Shown in pieces: positions 10,171 to 24,406 of a stretch of DNA of 64,000 nucleotides (the first letter of the stretch is position 1; each line of letters opens with the position of its first letter). The translations under genes and the position numbers were made by a program. This DNA is from Candidatus Microgenomatus sp. GTDB taxonomy: Bacteria; Patescibacteriota; Microgenomatia; UBA8517. The notes under the pieces are model-generated. The model was given only the letters and a program-made list of their open reading frames with translations. It was not told the DNA's origin and did not search any database. The stretch is taken from contig DYGS01000001.1 of the NCBI GenBank assembly GCA_020724585.1, positions 486,002-550,001 on the forward strand, in the 5' to 3' direction.

Positions 10171-10942
10171 TGACTTCACTCTTATAATCCTCGCAGGTGG
10201 TGATGGCACAAGAATGAGGCCAGCTAGTTTAATCACTCCTAAACCTCTTCTGGCTACTTACGACGAACCCCTTTTGATACGTCAAGCACGCCAAGCCAAT
10301 GAGGCTGGAATATCAAAAATATTAATCTCTACTAATCCGAAAGACTATACATACTTAAAACAGACACTAAGTCTCTATGGTGTCAAAGCGAAAGTGTTGG
10401 AAAACGAAAAGCATAAAGAAGGATCGTTACCCGCTCTCAATTTTGCTATTGAAAAAGCATTAACTCCAAAGATTCTCATGTCCTTTGCCGATATTTATTT
10501 TTTTAATAATCCATTTCCCAAATTTATGAGCATCAATAAACACTCACTTGGCATATCAAAAGCTTTTGACAAGAGAGAGCTATCTTTTGGTGGAATAGTT
10601 TTTGTAGAAGAAAGTGTAATTCAAAAAATTGTCGAGATGCCAATCAAAAATAATACCAAGGGATATAGATGGAATGGCCTAGCTTTTTTTGACCAGATTG
10701 ATCGCAGTGTCCTCAAAGAGTTTCTTAAAGACAATAGATTAGACTCTCCTGAAGAAGACTTTTTTGAGTATCTACGCACAAAGAAAAAGATAGATTTTTC
10801 AGGTATAGAATGCTCTGATTTTATTAATGTTAACAGAGCAGACAGTTTGTTGGTCGCTGCTATTTACAGGTTATCTGAAGTAAAAAAAGATAAACGACTT
10901 TTAACTCTTGCGAATCAGACACGAATTCGCTTATTAAAATAA
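10160..10942 (+). CDS. Nucleotidyltransferase (LicC/PntC/RmlA-like sugar- or alcohol-phosphate cytidylyl/nucleotidyl-transferase)
   Basis: N-terminus LIILAGGDGTRMRP...PKPLL, the signature of this NTP-transferase family. 260 aa. Confidence 0.7.
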   Translation: MASNDFTLIILAGGDGTRMRPASLITPKPLLATYDEPLLIRQARQANEAGISKILISTNPKDYTYLKQTLSLYGVKAKVLENEKHKEGSLPALNFAIEKALTPKILMSFADIYFFNNPFPKFMSINKHSLGISKAFDKRELSFGGIVFVEESVIQKIVEMPIKNNTKGYRWNGLAFFDQIDRSVLKEFLKDNRLDSPEEDFFEYLRTKKKIDFSGIECSDFINVNRADSLLVAAIYRLSEVKKDKRLLTLANQTRIRLLK

Positions 10943-10950
10943 CCTTAAAT

Positions 10951-12129
10951 ATGAAATTTAAAAGATGCTTTATACTAGAACCTAATTTAAAAAAGTCATA
11001 TGGGCATGTAATAGAATTTCCTTTTACCCTGCAAGAGCATTTAGAAAAGGTAGGCATAGAGGCATTTGTTGTATGCAACAGACAAATCGATAAAGAGTTA
11101 CTAAGCTCTCTAAAAAATACTTATCCCTACATATCCGAAGGTTGTTTTGACGATCTTGGCGACAAAGGAGAAATGTATATTAAAGATTTATTTGATTTAA
11201 ATTCAAAGTTCCAATTTGCAGATGATGACCTAGTAATAAACTTAACAAGTTACACAAATCAGATATATGGAATATCAAAATTTATTAACCAAAACACAAG
11301 GAACAAAACTACCTTTTGTCTTTGGTTCCACCAGCTTTATCCTCCAACCAAGGTGTTTGCTGAAACTCTGTTACCTAGCTTTAAGAAAAATATAGCACAA
11401 AGTTTATCGAGAGCTTTTAAAGAAATAAGAAATTTTGATAATATTCACATATTTACAACTTTGTCTGATACTTTGCGAGATGAGTTTGAGAAACTTTCCC
11501 AGATGGGAGTATACCAATTACCATTGCCATATTCTCGTAGATCAGCAAAAAACAAACCTAAAAAAGATAATAATAAAACTTTTGGTTTTTTGGGTGATGG
11601 TCGTTTTGAAAAGGGTGCACTGCTGGTGCTTGAATTAATCGCCAAAGACATCAACCCAAACAATAATTACATATTTGAGAATATTTACCCACGAGGATAT
11701 TCAGAAACCGACTTAAACAAACTCAATAACCTAAAAAAGGAGCTCTCTGTAAAAACAAATATAAAATTTATTGACGAGCCTCTAAACAACAAAGAATATA
11801 AAGAAACTTTATCCAAAATCGATGTGTTTTTGATGCCTTATCATCCCAATAGTTATGATAAAAGGGTATCAGGCATATTTATCGAAGCAACCATGGCAGA
11901 CATACCAGTTGTAGCTACAAATCACACTTGGATGGCAAAAGAAGTTAATCAATACAAAAATGGAGTTGTTTTTGATTATCAATCAGGAGCTAACGGCCTA
12001 AAAAAAGCTATGCAAAATATAATCTCAGGCTATGATAGCTTCCAAAATAATGCAATATTAGCTAGTCAGAAATATAATCAGATACATTCGCCAGAAAATT
12101 TTATCAGTATGTTGTTAAAATCACTTTAG
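10951..12129 (+). CDS. Glycosyltransferase, GT-B (family 1/4-like)
   Basis: 392 aa. C-terminal region ...EATMADIPVVATNHTWMAKEV..NGVVFDY resembles the GT1 donor-binding domain. Confidence 0.5.
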   Translation: MKFKRCFILEPNLKKSYGHVIEFPFTLQEHLEKVGIEAFVVCNRQIDKELLSSLKNTYPYISEGCFDDLGDKGEMYIKDLFDLNSKFQFADDDLVINLTSYTNQIYGISKFINQNTRNKTTFCLWFHQLYPPTKVFAETLLPSFKKNIAQSLSRAFKEIRNFDNIHIFTTLSDTLRDEFEKLSQMGVYQLPLPYSRRSAKNKPKKDNNKTFGFLGDGRFEKGALLVLELIAKDINPNNNYIFENIYPRGYSETDLNKLNNLKKELSVKTNIKFIDEPLNNKEYKETLSKIDVFLMPYHPNSYDKRVSGIFIEATMADIPVVATNHTWMAKEVNQYKNGVVFDYQSGANGLKKAMQNIISGYDSFQNNAILASQKYNQIHSPENFISMLLKSL

Positions 12130-12134
12130 TTGAT

Positions 12135-12980
12135 ATGTCAGAAGTTACAATCGCCATTCCAACTTACAACAGGGCCTCATTACTGAAAGAGGCTATTCAG
12201 AGTGTGCTGAACCAGACATACAAAGACTTCGAACTACTTGTATGCGATAACGATTCTACTGATAACACTGGGGAGGTTGTATATACATTTTCGGATCCAA
12301 GAATAAAATATCACAAAAATAAAAACAATATTGGTATGATGAATAATTGGAATAAATGTATAGAACTATCTCAAGGAAAATATCTAATGATATTGGGAGA
12401 TGATGACGAATTGTATCCCGAATTTCTAGAAACTTCTCTCGAGGTTCACAAAGATAACCCCGAAATTGGGTTCTCTTTTTCCCACTGTAATAAAGTTGAC
12501 TTAGAGGGTAAGTATTTAACAAGGTGGGGCTATCAGTTTACTCCACACGGAAGACTTAATGAATTTGATTATCTTTACTATACTATTAAGTATGGAGCGT
12601 GTCTTACTAATTCTTCTACGATTTTAATTAATAAATCTGTATTCTCAAAAGTTGGTCTATTTGAGGCACCATATGGAGCAAACACTTTTGATTTCAACAT
12701 GTGGATCAAGATCGGATTAAAATATCCTATTTATTTTATAGATAAAGTGCTGTGTGATTATCGTATCCACAAAAAGCAGGTTAGTGAACTTCATTGGAGG
12801 AGAAAAGAAAAACCGACAGGCAAGATTGGTACTTATTTAGAAATAATCGGTGTTATTGCAAAACTGTTGGATAATAAAAAATTAAAAGACCCCAAGACGA
12901 AAACATTCTTCGTTAAGAGATTGTCAGAGGTTGATAGTGAACTTGCCAATCTACTAAAACAAGTAGTTCCAGAGTTGTAA
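12135..12980 (+). CDS. Glycosyltransferase family 2
   Basis: N-terminus VTIAIPTYNRASLLKEAIQSVLNQTYKDFELLVCDNDSTD, a canonical GT2 signature. Confidence 0.8.
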   Translation: MSEVTIAIPTYNRASLLKEAIQSVLNQTYKDFELLVCDNDSTDNTGEVVYTFSDPRIKYHKNKNNIGMMNNWNKCIELSQGKYLMILGDDDELYPEFLETSLEVHKDNPEIGFSFSHCNKVDLEGKYLTRWGYQFTPHGRLNEFDYLYYTIKYGACLTNSSTILINKSVFSKVGLFEAPYGANTFDFNMWIKIGLKYPIYFIDKVLCDYRIHKKQVSELHWRRKEKPTGKIGTYLEIIGVIAKLLDNKKLKDPKTKTFFVKRLSEVDSELANLLKQVVPEL

Positions 12981-12981
12981 A

Positions 12982-14745
12982 CTAAAGCGCACCAAGGAGT
13001 TCCTCCTTAAAATGTTCTCCTTCCGAAGGAGTTGCCATCAATTTCGAAAGTCTTTTGTTGGAAATTACATAAGACTTATCTACACCAATATTTCTTAAGA
13101 AACTAATATCATGTGATACAACTAAAACTGCTCCTTGGAATTCCTGTAAAACTGCTTCTATCTGCTCAATCGATTCAATATCCAAGTTGTTTGTGGGTTC
13201 ATCTAAAATCAATAAATCCACAGGCTGAATGGCCATCATTGCGAGTGCTAACCTTGCTGTTTCACCACCACTCAGCACTGAGGCCCTTTTGTTTACTTCC
13301 AGAGTTTCTCTAAAAAGGAACCGTGCCAGATGTTGTCGTAATCCACCAGACGGAATAGATGCAGCAACCCTTTGAGCATTTTCCAAGACAGATTGACCAC
13401 GATCAACTATCGCATACCGCTGGTCAAGAAGTTGGACATTAATATTCTGTGCTAGTTGTATATCGCCAGTTGTTACTACATCATTTATACCCAGAACTCC
13501 TTTGATCCAAGTTGATTTTCCAGACCCATTGTTCCCAAATAAGGCTATTCGATCTCCAAAGCTAATATCCATACTCCCGTCTTCAATTACTACCGTATCG
13601 CCATAAGAACAGGAAACTTCGCGAGCTGAAATTAGTCGCTTGCCCTTATGAGCATCAGACTCTACTAAATTAGGTGTAATCTTTGCAGGCGCCCTTCTTT
13701 TAACTGCCTCTAGCTCCTCAATAGTTTCGTCTCTTTTATCCTCAGAAACACGCTTTTTCCTCCCAGCGGTTTTTGTAGCCCTTTCTTTGAAATAATGTGC
13801 ACGAACCCTATCTAGATCATCAGGTTTTCTTGTTAAATCCTTCCTTGCACTATGAGCTGCTCTTTGTTTTTCTTTTTCTATCTGCTTCTTAGCTTTTCTG
13901 ACTTCACCACTCAAACGAACGACCTCCCTTTCTCTAGCAGCTTCTTGTAGGCCTTTTTGTTCTTTGTAAAACTCATAATTTCCACCATAAGGCTGTACCG
14001 AACCATTAGCAAGTTCCCATGTACTTGTAGTAATTTCATTTAAGAAGTCACGATCGTGCGACACAACTAATAGCCCTCCTTGCCATTCAGATATAAATTC
14101 TCTCAACCACAAATTCGCGTGCAAGTCTAGGTGATTTGTAGGCTCGTCTAATATAAGTATGTCTGGTTTTGATATTAAGATCCTTGCCAAAGCAAGCCTC
14201 ATAGTTTGTCCGCCGCTGAGTGTGGACACTTTGGCATCTATTTCTCTACCTACACCAAGATGTTTTAGTATAGTCTGAATATCTGCTTGCAAGTTAAACG
14301 CATTATTATCTTGTAATAAATTTAACAATTGATCATATTTAGACACGAAATTTGGATCATCCGCTTTGTAATCTGAAGACATTGCTTCAAACTCCTCCGA
14401 TACTTTTACAAGATGTGCAATACCTTCAGTCGCCACTTCATAAACCGTCTTTTCTTCATCCATAGTGAAATCTTGAGCTAAATAACCGATTGTTATTCCT
14501 TCTCTTGACACGCTTCCTCTATCTGGTTGTTCAACTCCCGTTAATATTCTAAGTAATGTCGTTTTTCCTGCTCCATTTGACCCAACTAATCCAATCCTGT
14601 CTCCGGGATTAACAGAAACACTCACTCTATCCAAAACCACGCGTTCGCCATACTCCTTGTGAATATCTGTAGCAATAAGAGGTTTCGGGTTTAAAAATTC
14701 TTTAGATCCAATTCGACTTAGCATCTCTTTATTATATCCGCTCAT
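12982..14745 (-). CDS. ABC-F family ATPase (tandem ABC domains, no TMD)
   Basis: 587 aa. Two Walker A motifs (GSNGAGKTT, GNNGSGKST). Two ABC signatures (LSGGQTMRLALA, LSGGETARLALA). A charged inter-domain linker. Confidence 0.85.
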   Translation of the reverse strand: MSGYNKEMLSRIGSKEFLNPKPLIATDIHKEYGERVVLDRVSVSVNPGDRIGLVGSNGAGKTTLLRILTGVEQPDRGSVSREGITIGYLAQDFTMDEEKTVYEVATEGIAHLVKVSEEFEAMSSDYKADDPNFVSKYDQLLNLLQDNNAFNLQADIQTILKHLGVGREIDAKVSTLSGGQTMRLALARILISKPDILILDEPTNHLDLHANLWLREFISEWQGGLLVVSHDRDFLNEITTSTWELANGSVQPYGGNYEFYKEQKGLQEAAREREVVRLSGEVRKAKKQIEKEKQRAAHSARKDLTRKPDDLDRVRAHYFKERATKTAGRKKRVSEDKRDETIEELEAVKRRAPAKITPNLVESDAHKGKRLISAREVSCSYGDTVVIEDGSMDISFGDRIALFGNNGSGKSTWIKGVLGINDVVTTGDIQLAQNINVQLLDQRYAIVDRGQSVLENAQRVAASIPSGGLRQHLARFLFRETLEVNKRASVLSGGETARLALAMMAIQPVDLLILDEPTNNLDIESIEQIEAVLQEFQGAVLVVSHDISFLRNIGVDKSYVISNKRLSKLMATPSEGEHFKEELLGAL

Positions 14746-14923
14746 TGATTATCATTGCCGCTTTGGGTAAAGTCAAATCCTGCAATTTAATACCATTTAT
14801 CACTTCTTTACTGAATTTGATCATAGCCACTCCTTTACGATCAAAATTACAAATAAATTGATGTTATTTGTCAATATTTCGCCTCTTTAAGTTTCAACAA
14901 AAATCAGTTTAAATGTAGTCTAT

Positions 14924-17674
<2,751 letters not shown>

Positions 17675-17723
17675 ACATTAAATATATTCTTGATTTAATA
17701 GTAGGTCAATATATAATAATTGT

Positions 17724-18260
17724 ATGAACTTACTTCATGACATAGCTTTTGGAAAAGTTGATGAATTTGTAAATTCGTTTATTGAAATCCCCAAAGGATC
17801 GATGAATAAAATTGAATATAGATATGAAGAAAATATTTTTGTTCTTGATAGAGTAGAACCAGAGATATTTGCAAAACCTGTAAATTATGGTTTTATTCCA
17901 CAAACATGGGATGAAGATAACGATCCACTTGACACCTTAGTAATTACTTCAGAACCGTTATCAACTGGTCTAATGGTTAAAGCAAAAGTAGTTGGAGTTT
18001 TAAATTTTGTTGACGACGGAGAGCCGGATCATAAGATAATCTGCGTTCCAGAAGATGACCGAAATGAAGGAAATACAATAAATGATTTGACTGATCTTCC
18101 AAAAAGATTAATTGAAAAATTAGAACACCACTTCACGCACTACAAAGATCTTAAAAAACCAGGTTCAACAGTCGTTGAAGGTTGGGGAAATAAAGATGAG
18201 GCATGGAAATTAATAATGGACTGCAACAAAAGATATTCCTCAAAATTCTCTAAATCCTAA
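17724..18260 (+). CDS. ppa: Inorganic pyrophosphatase (family I)
   Basis: 178 aa. Contains EIPKGS.NKIEY and [20 protein letters not shown] signature motifs. Confidence 0.9.
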   Translation: MNLLHDIAFGKVDEFVNSFIEIPKGSMNKIEYRYEENIFVLDRVEPEIFAKPVNYGFIPQTWDEDNDPLDTLVITSEPLSTGLMVKAKVVGVLNFVDDGEPDHKIICVPEDDRNEGNTINDLTDLPKRLIEKLEHHFTHYKDLKKPGSTVVEGWGNKDEAWKLIMDCNKRYSSKFSKS

Positions 18261-18293
18261 AGCAAGGCAAGCAAGGCCGAAAGATTGGCAGTG

Positions 18294-18322
18294 TTGACAT
18301 GAGAGTGCTAAGTTATTATAAT
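18294..18322 (+). promoter_or_regulatory. Consensus sigma70-type promoter (TTGACA-17 bp-TATAAT) upstream of clpB
   Basis: TTGACA at 18294..18299. 17-nt spacer. TATAAT at 18317..18322. The predicted TSS (~18329) is essentially at the ATG at 18331, so the transcript would be leaderless. Confidence 0.5.
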
Positions 18323-18330
18323 CTTTGTAT

Positions 18331-20436
18331 ATGGATAGTGACTTAGCCAATCTTTTTAAAGCTCCTGATCCAAAAGAAGCTCTTGGCAAATATACGCTAA
18401 ATTTGACCGAACAAGCCAAACTTGGGAAACTTGATCCCGTTATCGGCCGCGACAGGGAAATAAGAAGGGTTATGCAGATATTATCCCGAAGAACTAAAAA
18501 TAATCCCGTTTTAATAGGCGACCCTGGAGTCGGTAAAACTGCCATAGTAGAAGGACTTGCTCAAATGATAGTTTCGGGCGATGTCCCTTCAACACTTGAG
18601 GGAAGGGAACTTTTATCCCTTGATTTTGCACTGCTTCTAGCGGGAACAAAATTTAGAGGAGAGTTTGAAGAGAGGCTAAAGGCGGTAATCAAAGGCTTAG
18701 AAGAAGGTGAGGGAAAGTATATTGTCTTCATCGATGAACTTCATACAATCGTAGGAGGCGGAAACAGCGAAGGTGCAGTCGATGCGGCCAACATGTTAAA
18801 ACCAGCCCTTGCAAGAGGCACGCTTCGCATGATAGGCGCAACAACGGTTGTAGAGTATAGAAAGTATATAGAAAAAGATGCAGCTCTTGCCCGTAGATTT
18901 CAATCTGTTTTAGTTGAAGAGCCAACCATTGAAGATACTGTTTCCATTTTGCGCGGAATTAAAGATAAATACCAACTTCATCATGGCATTCGAATCACTG
19001 ATCAGGCAATCATAGCCGCAACAAAACTTTCGAGCCGCTATATTACCAATAGATTTCTGCCCGATAAAGCAATTGATTTGATTGATGAGGCGGCAAGCGC
19101 AATAAAAATTGAAATTGAAAGCAAGCCTTACGAACTTGATAGTTTAAAAAGGAAGCTTACAGGCTATGAAATTGAGGTTACTGCATTAAAAAAGGAGAAA
19201 ACAGACATCGCCAAAACAAGGATAAATAAACTTTATATGCTTATTGCAGAAATCAAAAAGGAAATAGAAAAACTTGAAAAAGCTTGGGTGTTTCAAAAAG
19301 GAATTATAGAGAAAATACAAAAAACCAGAACGGAAATTGATAACCAGCGCATAAATCTTGAAAAAGCCGAAAAAGAAGTTGACTTAAACAGCGCAGCAGA
19401 GATTAAATACGGTAAACTTCCCAAACTTGAGGAGGAGCTAAAAAATCTTGAAAACGAATGGGGGGAAATTCCTGAAGAAGAAAAAGTATTAAGGCTTGAA
19501 GTTACAGAAACAGATATTGCAAAGGTCGTTTCAGCCTCAACAGGCATAGCGGTTGGGAGACTTGTCTCAACAGAAACAGAAAAAATACTCCATTTAGAGA
19601 AAGAACTTAAAAAATATGTCATTGGCCAGGACGATGCAATAAATAAAATATCTGCAAGCATTAAAAGAGGTAGGGCGGGGTTAAAAGATGAAAATAGACC
19701 AATTGGTTCGTTTTTATTTATGGGGCCAACTGGAGTTGGGAAAACTGAAACAGCAAAAGCTCTCTCAAGAATTCTTTTTGACGATGAAAAGGCTTTAATT
19801 AGAATTGATATGAGTGAATATAGTGAAAGCCACTCGGTAGCAAGATTAATTGGGGCGCCCCCAGGATACATCGGTTTTGAAGAAGGGGGACAATTGACAG
19901 AAGCCGTTAGAAGAAAGCCTTATAGTGTTGTTCTCTTTGACGAAATTGAAAAAGCCAATCCCCAAATTTTTAATGTCTTTTTACAAATTATGGATGATGG
20001 GAGGTTAACCGACGGCAAAGGCGTAACTGTTGACTTTAAAAATACGATAATTATCATGACATCAAATATAAAACCTGACTTAGTTGATAAGACTTTTAAA
20101 CCGGAATTTATCAACAGACTGGACGGACTTGTTGAATTTAAAAACCTAGGTCAAGATGTAATGCAGGATATTGTCAAACTTGCTCTTGAAAAGGCAGTTG
20201 ACAAACTTCAAGAGCAGGAAATTGATCTTGAATATCATGATGATGTAATTAAATATTTCGCGGTTAAAGGCTATGACTCTGACTTTGGAGCAAGACCTTT
20301 AAGACGATTAATAGAATCAGAACTGCTGGATGTAATTGCTGTAAAAATTTTGGATGGTGACTTAAAGCCAAAAGATAAAGTAATATTAAAAATTAAAGAG
20401 GGCAAGTTATATTTTGACGAAAAATTGCAAAACTAA
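18331..20436 (+). CDS. clpB: ClpB-type AAA+ disaggregase lacking the N-terminal domain
   Basis: Two AAA+ modules ([15 protein letters not shown] and [14 protein letters not shown]). A long middle coiled-coil. The ORF track starts at a TTG at 18325; ATG 18331 (MDSDLANL...) is the more likely start. Roughly 150 aa shorter than canonical ClpB. Confidence 0.85.
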   Translation: MDSDLANLFKAPDPKEALGKYTLNLTEQAKLGKLDPVIGRDREIRRVMQILSRRTKNNPVLIGDPGVGKTAIVEGLAQMIVSGDVPSTLEGRELLSLDFALLLAGTKFRGEFEERLKAVIKGLEEGEGKYIVFIDELHTIVGGGNSEGAVDAANMLKPALARGTLRMIGATTVVEYRKYIEKDAALARRFQSVLVEEPTIEDTVSILRGIKDKYQLHHGIRITDQAIIAATKLSSRYITNRFLPDKAIDLIDEAASAIKIEIESKPYELDSLKRKLTGYEIEVTALKKEKTDIAKTRINKLYMLIAEIKKEIEKLEKAWVFQKGIIEKIQKTRTEIDNQRINLEKAEKEVDLNSAAEIKYGKLPKLEEELKNLENEWGEIPEEEKVLRLEVTETDIAKVVSASTGIAVGRLVSTETEKILHLEKELKKYVIGQDDAINKISASIKRGRAGLKDENRPIGSFLFMGPTGVGKTETAKALSRILFDDEKALIRIDMSEYSESHSVARLIGAPPGYIGFEEGGQLTEAVRRKPYSVVLFDEIEKANPQIFNVFLQIMDDGRLTDGKGVTVDFKNTIIIMTSNIKPDLVDKTFKPEFINRLDGLVEFKNLGQDVMQDIVKLALEKAVDKLQEQEIDLEYHDDVIKYFAVKGYDSDFGARPLRRLIESELLDVIAVKILDGDLKPKDKVILKIKEGKLYFDEKLQN

Positions 20437-21044
20437 AAAAGCGCTGTCTGTAAATCCTGCTTTTCTTCCATTTTGGGATAACTAAAATCAACATCAATCA
20501 CCCGAACGGAGTTCCAGAAATCTTTAAACTTAAGTTTTTTATTTTTAATGGCAAAATCATAAATTTCTTTGGTAATTAAGACATCTTCTTCGCAATAATA
20601 TTTTAATTTATTAAGCGAAGCCTCGTCTTTCTTTTGCCAGTAAATAATGGCATTACCGCCCGTATCAACTTTTTGTCTGCCAATTGTTTCTCTAGAAACT
20701 GCATTCAAAGATACCCTTTTACCATTTATCTCTTTTATCTGTTCCAAAATATCAAAATGGGGAAGTTTTAAAAATTCAGGCGGTAAGTAAGGCTTTAAAA
20801 CAGGAATATCAAATTTTTTGGAATTAAAGCCAATAACCCTATCAGCCTTGGAAAAATGTTCCCAAGACTTTTTGACATCCGGTTCAAAAAAAGAAAACAT
20901 TTCTCCTTTAATTTCGGATAAATTTTCATCGACGATTCTTGCATAAAGTGAAAGTATTGAGACGCCAAAAAGCTCAGGGTCTGAAACTTCATCATAAAAT
21001 CGCTGGGTTTCAATATCAAAAATGACCTCATTATATATTTTCAT
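20433..21044 (-). CDS. DEDDh-family 3'-5' exonuclease
   Basis: Exo I motif FDIETQ at the N-terminus. 203 aa. Exo III-like Y....D region present. Confidence 0.65.
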   Translation of the reverse strand: MKIYNEVIFDIETQRFYDEVSDPELFGVSILSLYARIVDENLSEIKGEMFSFFEPDVKKSWEHFSKADRVIGFNSKKFDIPVLKPYLPPEFLKLPHFDILEQIKEINGKRVSLNAVSRETIGRQKVDTGGNAIIYWQKKDEASLNKLKYYCEEDVLITKEIYDFAIKNKKLKFKDFWNSVRVIDVDFSYPKMEEKQDLQTALF

Positions 21045-21098
21045 GAAAACATAGTATATGTCATTGACACACTACTTTTCAAAGAATAGTATTTATAT

Positions 21099-21356
21099 AT
21101 GCTGAAGCCATCAAAAAATAAATATGCAACTGAAGAATTTGTATACAAAGTAACAAATGATCTGGAAAAAAGAATAAATGAAAGGTTTGATGAAGCAGAA
21201 GTCAAAGCTGAAGAAAGATATAGTAAAGTAATTGACCATCTTGATTCTTTAGCTGGTCAATTTAAAAAATTTGATGAAGAAAGAGAAATGATGGCAGACA
21301 AAATTGCCACACATAGCGATCAAATCGAAGAGTTTCAAAAAATTGCCTTCGCTTAA
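21099..21356 (+). CDS. Small coiled-coil protein of the '...AFA' family (copy 2)
   Basis: 85 aa, ending ...DQIEEFQKIAFA. Confidence 0.5.
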   Translation: MLKPSKNKYATEEFVYKVTNDLEKRINERFDEAEVKAEERYSKVIDHLDSLAGQFKKFDEEREMMADKIATHSDQIEEFQKIAFA

Positions 21357-21392
21357 AACAGGGTAATTGTCATTTTACCAAATTTTTGGTGG

Positions 21393-21695
21393 TTGAAAAT
21401 AGTTAAAAAAATTTATTATTTTAACTATGTTTTGGGTATAGAAACTGATGAAATACTACAAAGGATCTTAGCAGAAGAAGCTGAAAAAAAAGCTAAGATT
21501 GCTAGTACTCTGGCAAAAGTACATGATCAGAATGCAGCCGCAGCAAAAGCAGCCGGAATGACACTTGATGAATGGCATGAAGAAATGTCTAGGATTGGAA
21601 ACAAGTCAAATGTTGATGTTGAACCTGAAAAAGTAATGACATCTGCAGAATATGTTTTGGGCTATCTATTTCCAACAGCCAAAAAAAGTAAATAG
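21393..21695 (+). CDS. Hypothetical protein
   Basis: 100-aa ORF with an Ala/Lys-rich helix. No motif recognised. Confidence 0.3.
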   Translation: MKIVKKIYYFNYVLGIETDEILQRILAEEAEKKAKIASTLAKVHDQNAAAAKAAGMTLDEWHEEMSRIGNKSNVDVEPEKVMTSAEYVLGYLFPTAKKSK

Positions 21696-21777
21696 TTCTA
21701 CTTTCCCCTTGCTTCATGAGTATTTTATGGATACAATGTTGCTGGGCTTAGTTTTAGCCTATTTTTGTTCTTAAAAT

Positions 21778-24399
21778 ATGGAAATTGGCAAGATTCAAAC
21801 AACTGAAATAACCTCAGAACTTTCTAAATCATATGTTGATTATGCAATGAGCGTTATCGTAGCTCGCGCTCTCCCCGATGTTAGAGATGGTTTAAAACCG
21901 GTCCATAGAAGAATTCTTTACGCCATGGCTCAAATGGGTCTTAAAAGTTCGGGAAGTTTTACAAAATCGGCAAAAGTTGTAGGTGAAGTGTTGGGAAAAT
22001 ATCATCCCCATGGAGATCAAGCAGTCTACGATACTTTAGTCCGCCTTGCTCAATCATTCTCAATGCGCTACCCACTGATTAAAGGTCAGGGAAATTTCGG
22101 ATCTGTTGATGGCGATTCAGCAGCTGCTATGAGGTATACCGAAGCTAAACTTTCAAGTATTTCTGAATTCATGCTTTTGGACATTGAAAAAGATACCGTT
22201 GATTTTGTCGACAATTTTGACGCCACACTTAAAGAACCTGAATATCTACCCGCTCTTCTTCCAAACTTACTTTTGATGGGTAGTGAGGGAATCGCGGTTG
22301 GGATGGCGACAAAAATTCCCCCGCACAATTTAAGCGAGGTCATTTCAGCTATTAATTTGATTATTAAAAAGGGTAGGGTAGTCGTCCTCTCGGACGAAGA
22401 GCAAAAAAAAGAAACCGATTTTGTCATTAATAAAATTAATTTGGTTGCCGCAGGTGAGGCCAAGCAATTATCAGAAACTGATGTCAACCCTAAAACTATT
22501 TCATTTGAAAGCGATGCCGAAATTGATGAGATTATTAAAGTTTTACCAGGACCGGATTTCCCAACCGGCGGGGCAATTTATGATGCGGAAAGTTTAAGAG
22601 AAGTTTATGCAACAGGAAGGGGTAGGATTATTATCAGGGGAATTGCTGGCATTGAGGAAAGTAAAAGTGGCAAAACTCAAATAATAATTACAGAAATACC
22701 ATACCAGGTTAACAAAGCCGAAATGGTTGCAAAAATTGCAGAGCTTGTAAAAGATAAAAAGATTGTTGGGATTTCCGATTTGAGAGATGAGTCTGATAAA
22801 GAAGGTTTGAGAGTTGTAATTGATTTAAAAAGAGACGCCAAGCCAAAATCAGTTTTGAACAATATTTTCAAACACACAAGGCTTCAGACAACTTTCCCCG
22901 CAAATTTTGTGGCCCTTGTTGACGGCACTCCGCACACATTAAATTTAAAACAAATTTTAGTTGAGTATGTAAAACATAGACAAAAAGTAGTTGTTAGAAG
23001 AACAATATTTGAATTAACTGAAGCCAAAAAAAGAGCTCATATATTAGAAGGCCTTAAAATTGCACTTGATAATTTGGATGCAGTTATAAAAACAATCAGA
23101 GAAAGTAAAACCCAGGAAGACGCCAAAAATAATTTAATAACTCGATTTAAATTGTCAGAAATTCAGGCAACAGCGATTCTTGATATGCAGCTTAGACGGT
23201 TGGCCGCCCTGGAAAGAGAAAAAATTGAAAAAGAGTACGAAGAAATCAAGAAACTTATTGACCAACTAATTGCCATTCTTAGAGATCCTTCAAAAATTTT
23301 AACGATAATAACAGAAGAACTTTCTGATTTAAATCAAAAATTTGGAGATGGCAGAAAGACTAAAATCTACAAAAGCAAAGTCGGGGAGTTTAGCGAAGAA
23401 GATTTGGTTGCCAAGGAAGATGTTTTAATAACAGTTACAAAAACCGGCTATATCAAAAGAGTTTCAAAAAATGCCTACAAAGCTCAGAGAAGAGGAGGTA
23501 AAGGGGTAATTGGGATGACAACTAAAGAAGAGGATGAGATCGACCATCTTGTTTCTGCCTCAACTCACGATCAAGTGCTCTTCTTCACCAATAAAGGCCG
23601 TGTTTTTGGAACAAAAGCTCATGAGATCCCTGAAAGCAGCCGCCAAGCAAAGGGACAAGCGCTGGTTAATTTCCTAAATCTTGAACAGGGGGAAGAAATT
23701 AAATCTGTACTCCCAATGAACAAAGAAAAAGCTCCTAAATATTTAGTTATGGCAACATCTAGCGGGGTAGTTAAAAAGACTGACTTGAAGCAATTTGAAA
23801 ATTTGAGAGCCAATGGACTGATTGCAATAAAGTTGCAAGGCGGAGATAGTTTGGTCTCTGTTCATCCATCCTTCGGAGTTGACAATATCATGCTTTTGAC
23901 CAAAAAGGGGATTGCTATAAGATTTCCGGAGGGAAATGTTAGGCCAATGGGGAGAGCAACAACGGGTGTTACAGGCATAAAACTTGACAGCGGCGATAGC
24001 GTTATTGGAATGGAGGTCTTGCCTGAAAAACTTAATATACCCGAGGACAAACGCAAAAAAGTTTTCATGGATATTTTGACTCTTTCGGTCAATGGTCTTG
24101 GAAAAAGAACAAGTTATAATAACTTTCCAACACAAAAAAGGGCAGGGAGGGGGGTTAAGGCTTGTATAATTGGTAGTAAAACAGGGGACTTAGCATGTGC
24201 AGTCAAAGTTACTGAAAATTCTGATCAATTAGTCATAACATCTAAAAAGGGACAAGTAATTAAACTGCCTATCAAAAATATTCCACAACTAGGTAGAGCT
24301 ACACAAGGAGTAATAGTTATGAGATTCGCAGAAAAAAGTGACTCCGTTGCAGCCGCAACAGTAATTGACAAAAGTGGGGATGATGAGGGTGAAGAATAA
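21778..24399 (+). CDS. gyrA: DNA gyrase subunit A
   Basis: 873 aa. Has the [23 protein letters not shown] and YHPHGD motifs with catalytic Tyr. Has the GPDFPTGG box. C-terminal beta-pinwheel repeats. An insertion lies N-terminal to the GPDFPTGG box. Confidence 0.95.
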   Translation: MEIGKIQTTEITSELSKSYVDYAMSVIVARALPDVRDGLKPVHRRILYAMAQMGLKSSGSFTKSAKVVGEVLGKYHPHGDQAVYDTLVRLAQSFSMRYPLIKGQGNFGSVDGDSAAAMRYTEAKLSSISEFMLLDIEKDTVDFVDNFDATLKEPEYLPALLPNLLLMGSEGIAVGMATKIPPHNLSEVISAINLIIKKGRVVVLSDEEQKKETDFVINKINLVAAGEAKQLSETDVNPKTISFESDAEIDEIIKVLPGPDFPTGGAIYDAESLREVYATGRGRIIIRGIAGIEESKSGKTQIIITEIPYQVNKAEMVAKIAELVKDKKIVGISDLRDESDKEGLRVVIDLKRDAKPKSVLNNIFKHTRLQTTFPANFVALVDGTPHTLNLKQILVEYVKHRQKVVVRRTIFELTEAKKRAHILEGLKIALDNLDAVIKTIRESKTQEDAKNNLITRFKLSEIQATAILDMQLRRLAALEREKIEKEYEEIKKLIDQLIAILRDPSKILTIITEELSDLNQKFGDGRKTKIYKSKVGEFSEEDLVAKEDVLITVTKTGYIKRVSKNAYKAQRRGGKGVIGMTTKEEDEIDHLVSASTHDQVLFFTNKGRVFGTKAHEIPESSRQAKGQALVNFLNLEQGEEIKSVLPMNKEKAPKYLVMATSSGVVKKTDLKQFENLRANGLIAIKLQGGDSLVSVHPSFGVDNIMLLTKKGIAIRFPEGNVRPMGRATTGVTGIKLDSGDSVIGMEVLPEKLNIPEDKRKKVFMDILTLSVNGLGKRTSYNNFPTQKRAGRGVKACIIGSKTGDLACAVKVTENSDQLVITSKKGQVIKLPIKNIPQLGRATQGVIVMRFAEKSDSVAAATVIDKSGDDEGEE

Positions 24400-24406
24400 A
24401 TACTGA

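Noticed and set aside
13014-13028. Hairpin ctccttccgaaggag resembling a terminator near the convergent ends of the GT2 gene and the ABC-F gene
   Set aside because: It lies inside the ABC-F coding sequence (which ends at 12982) and has no following T-tract.
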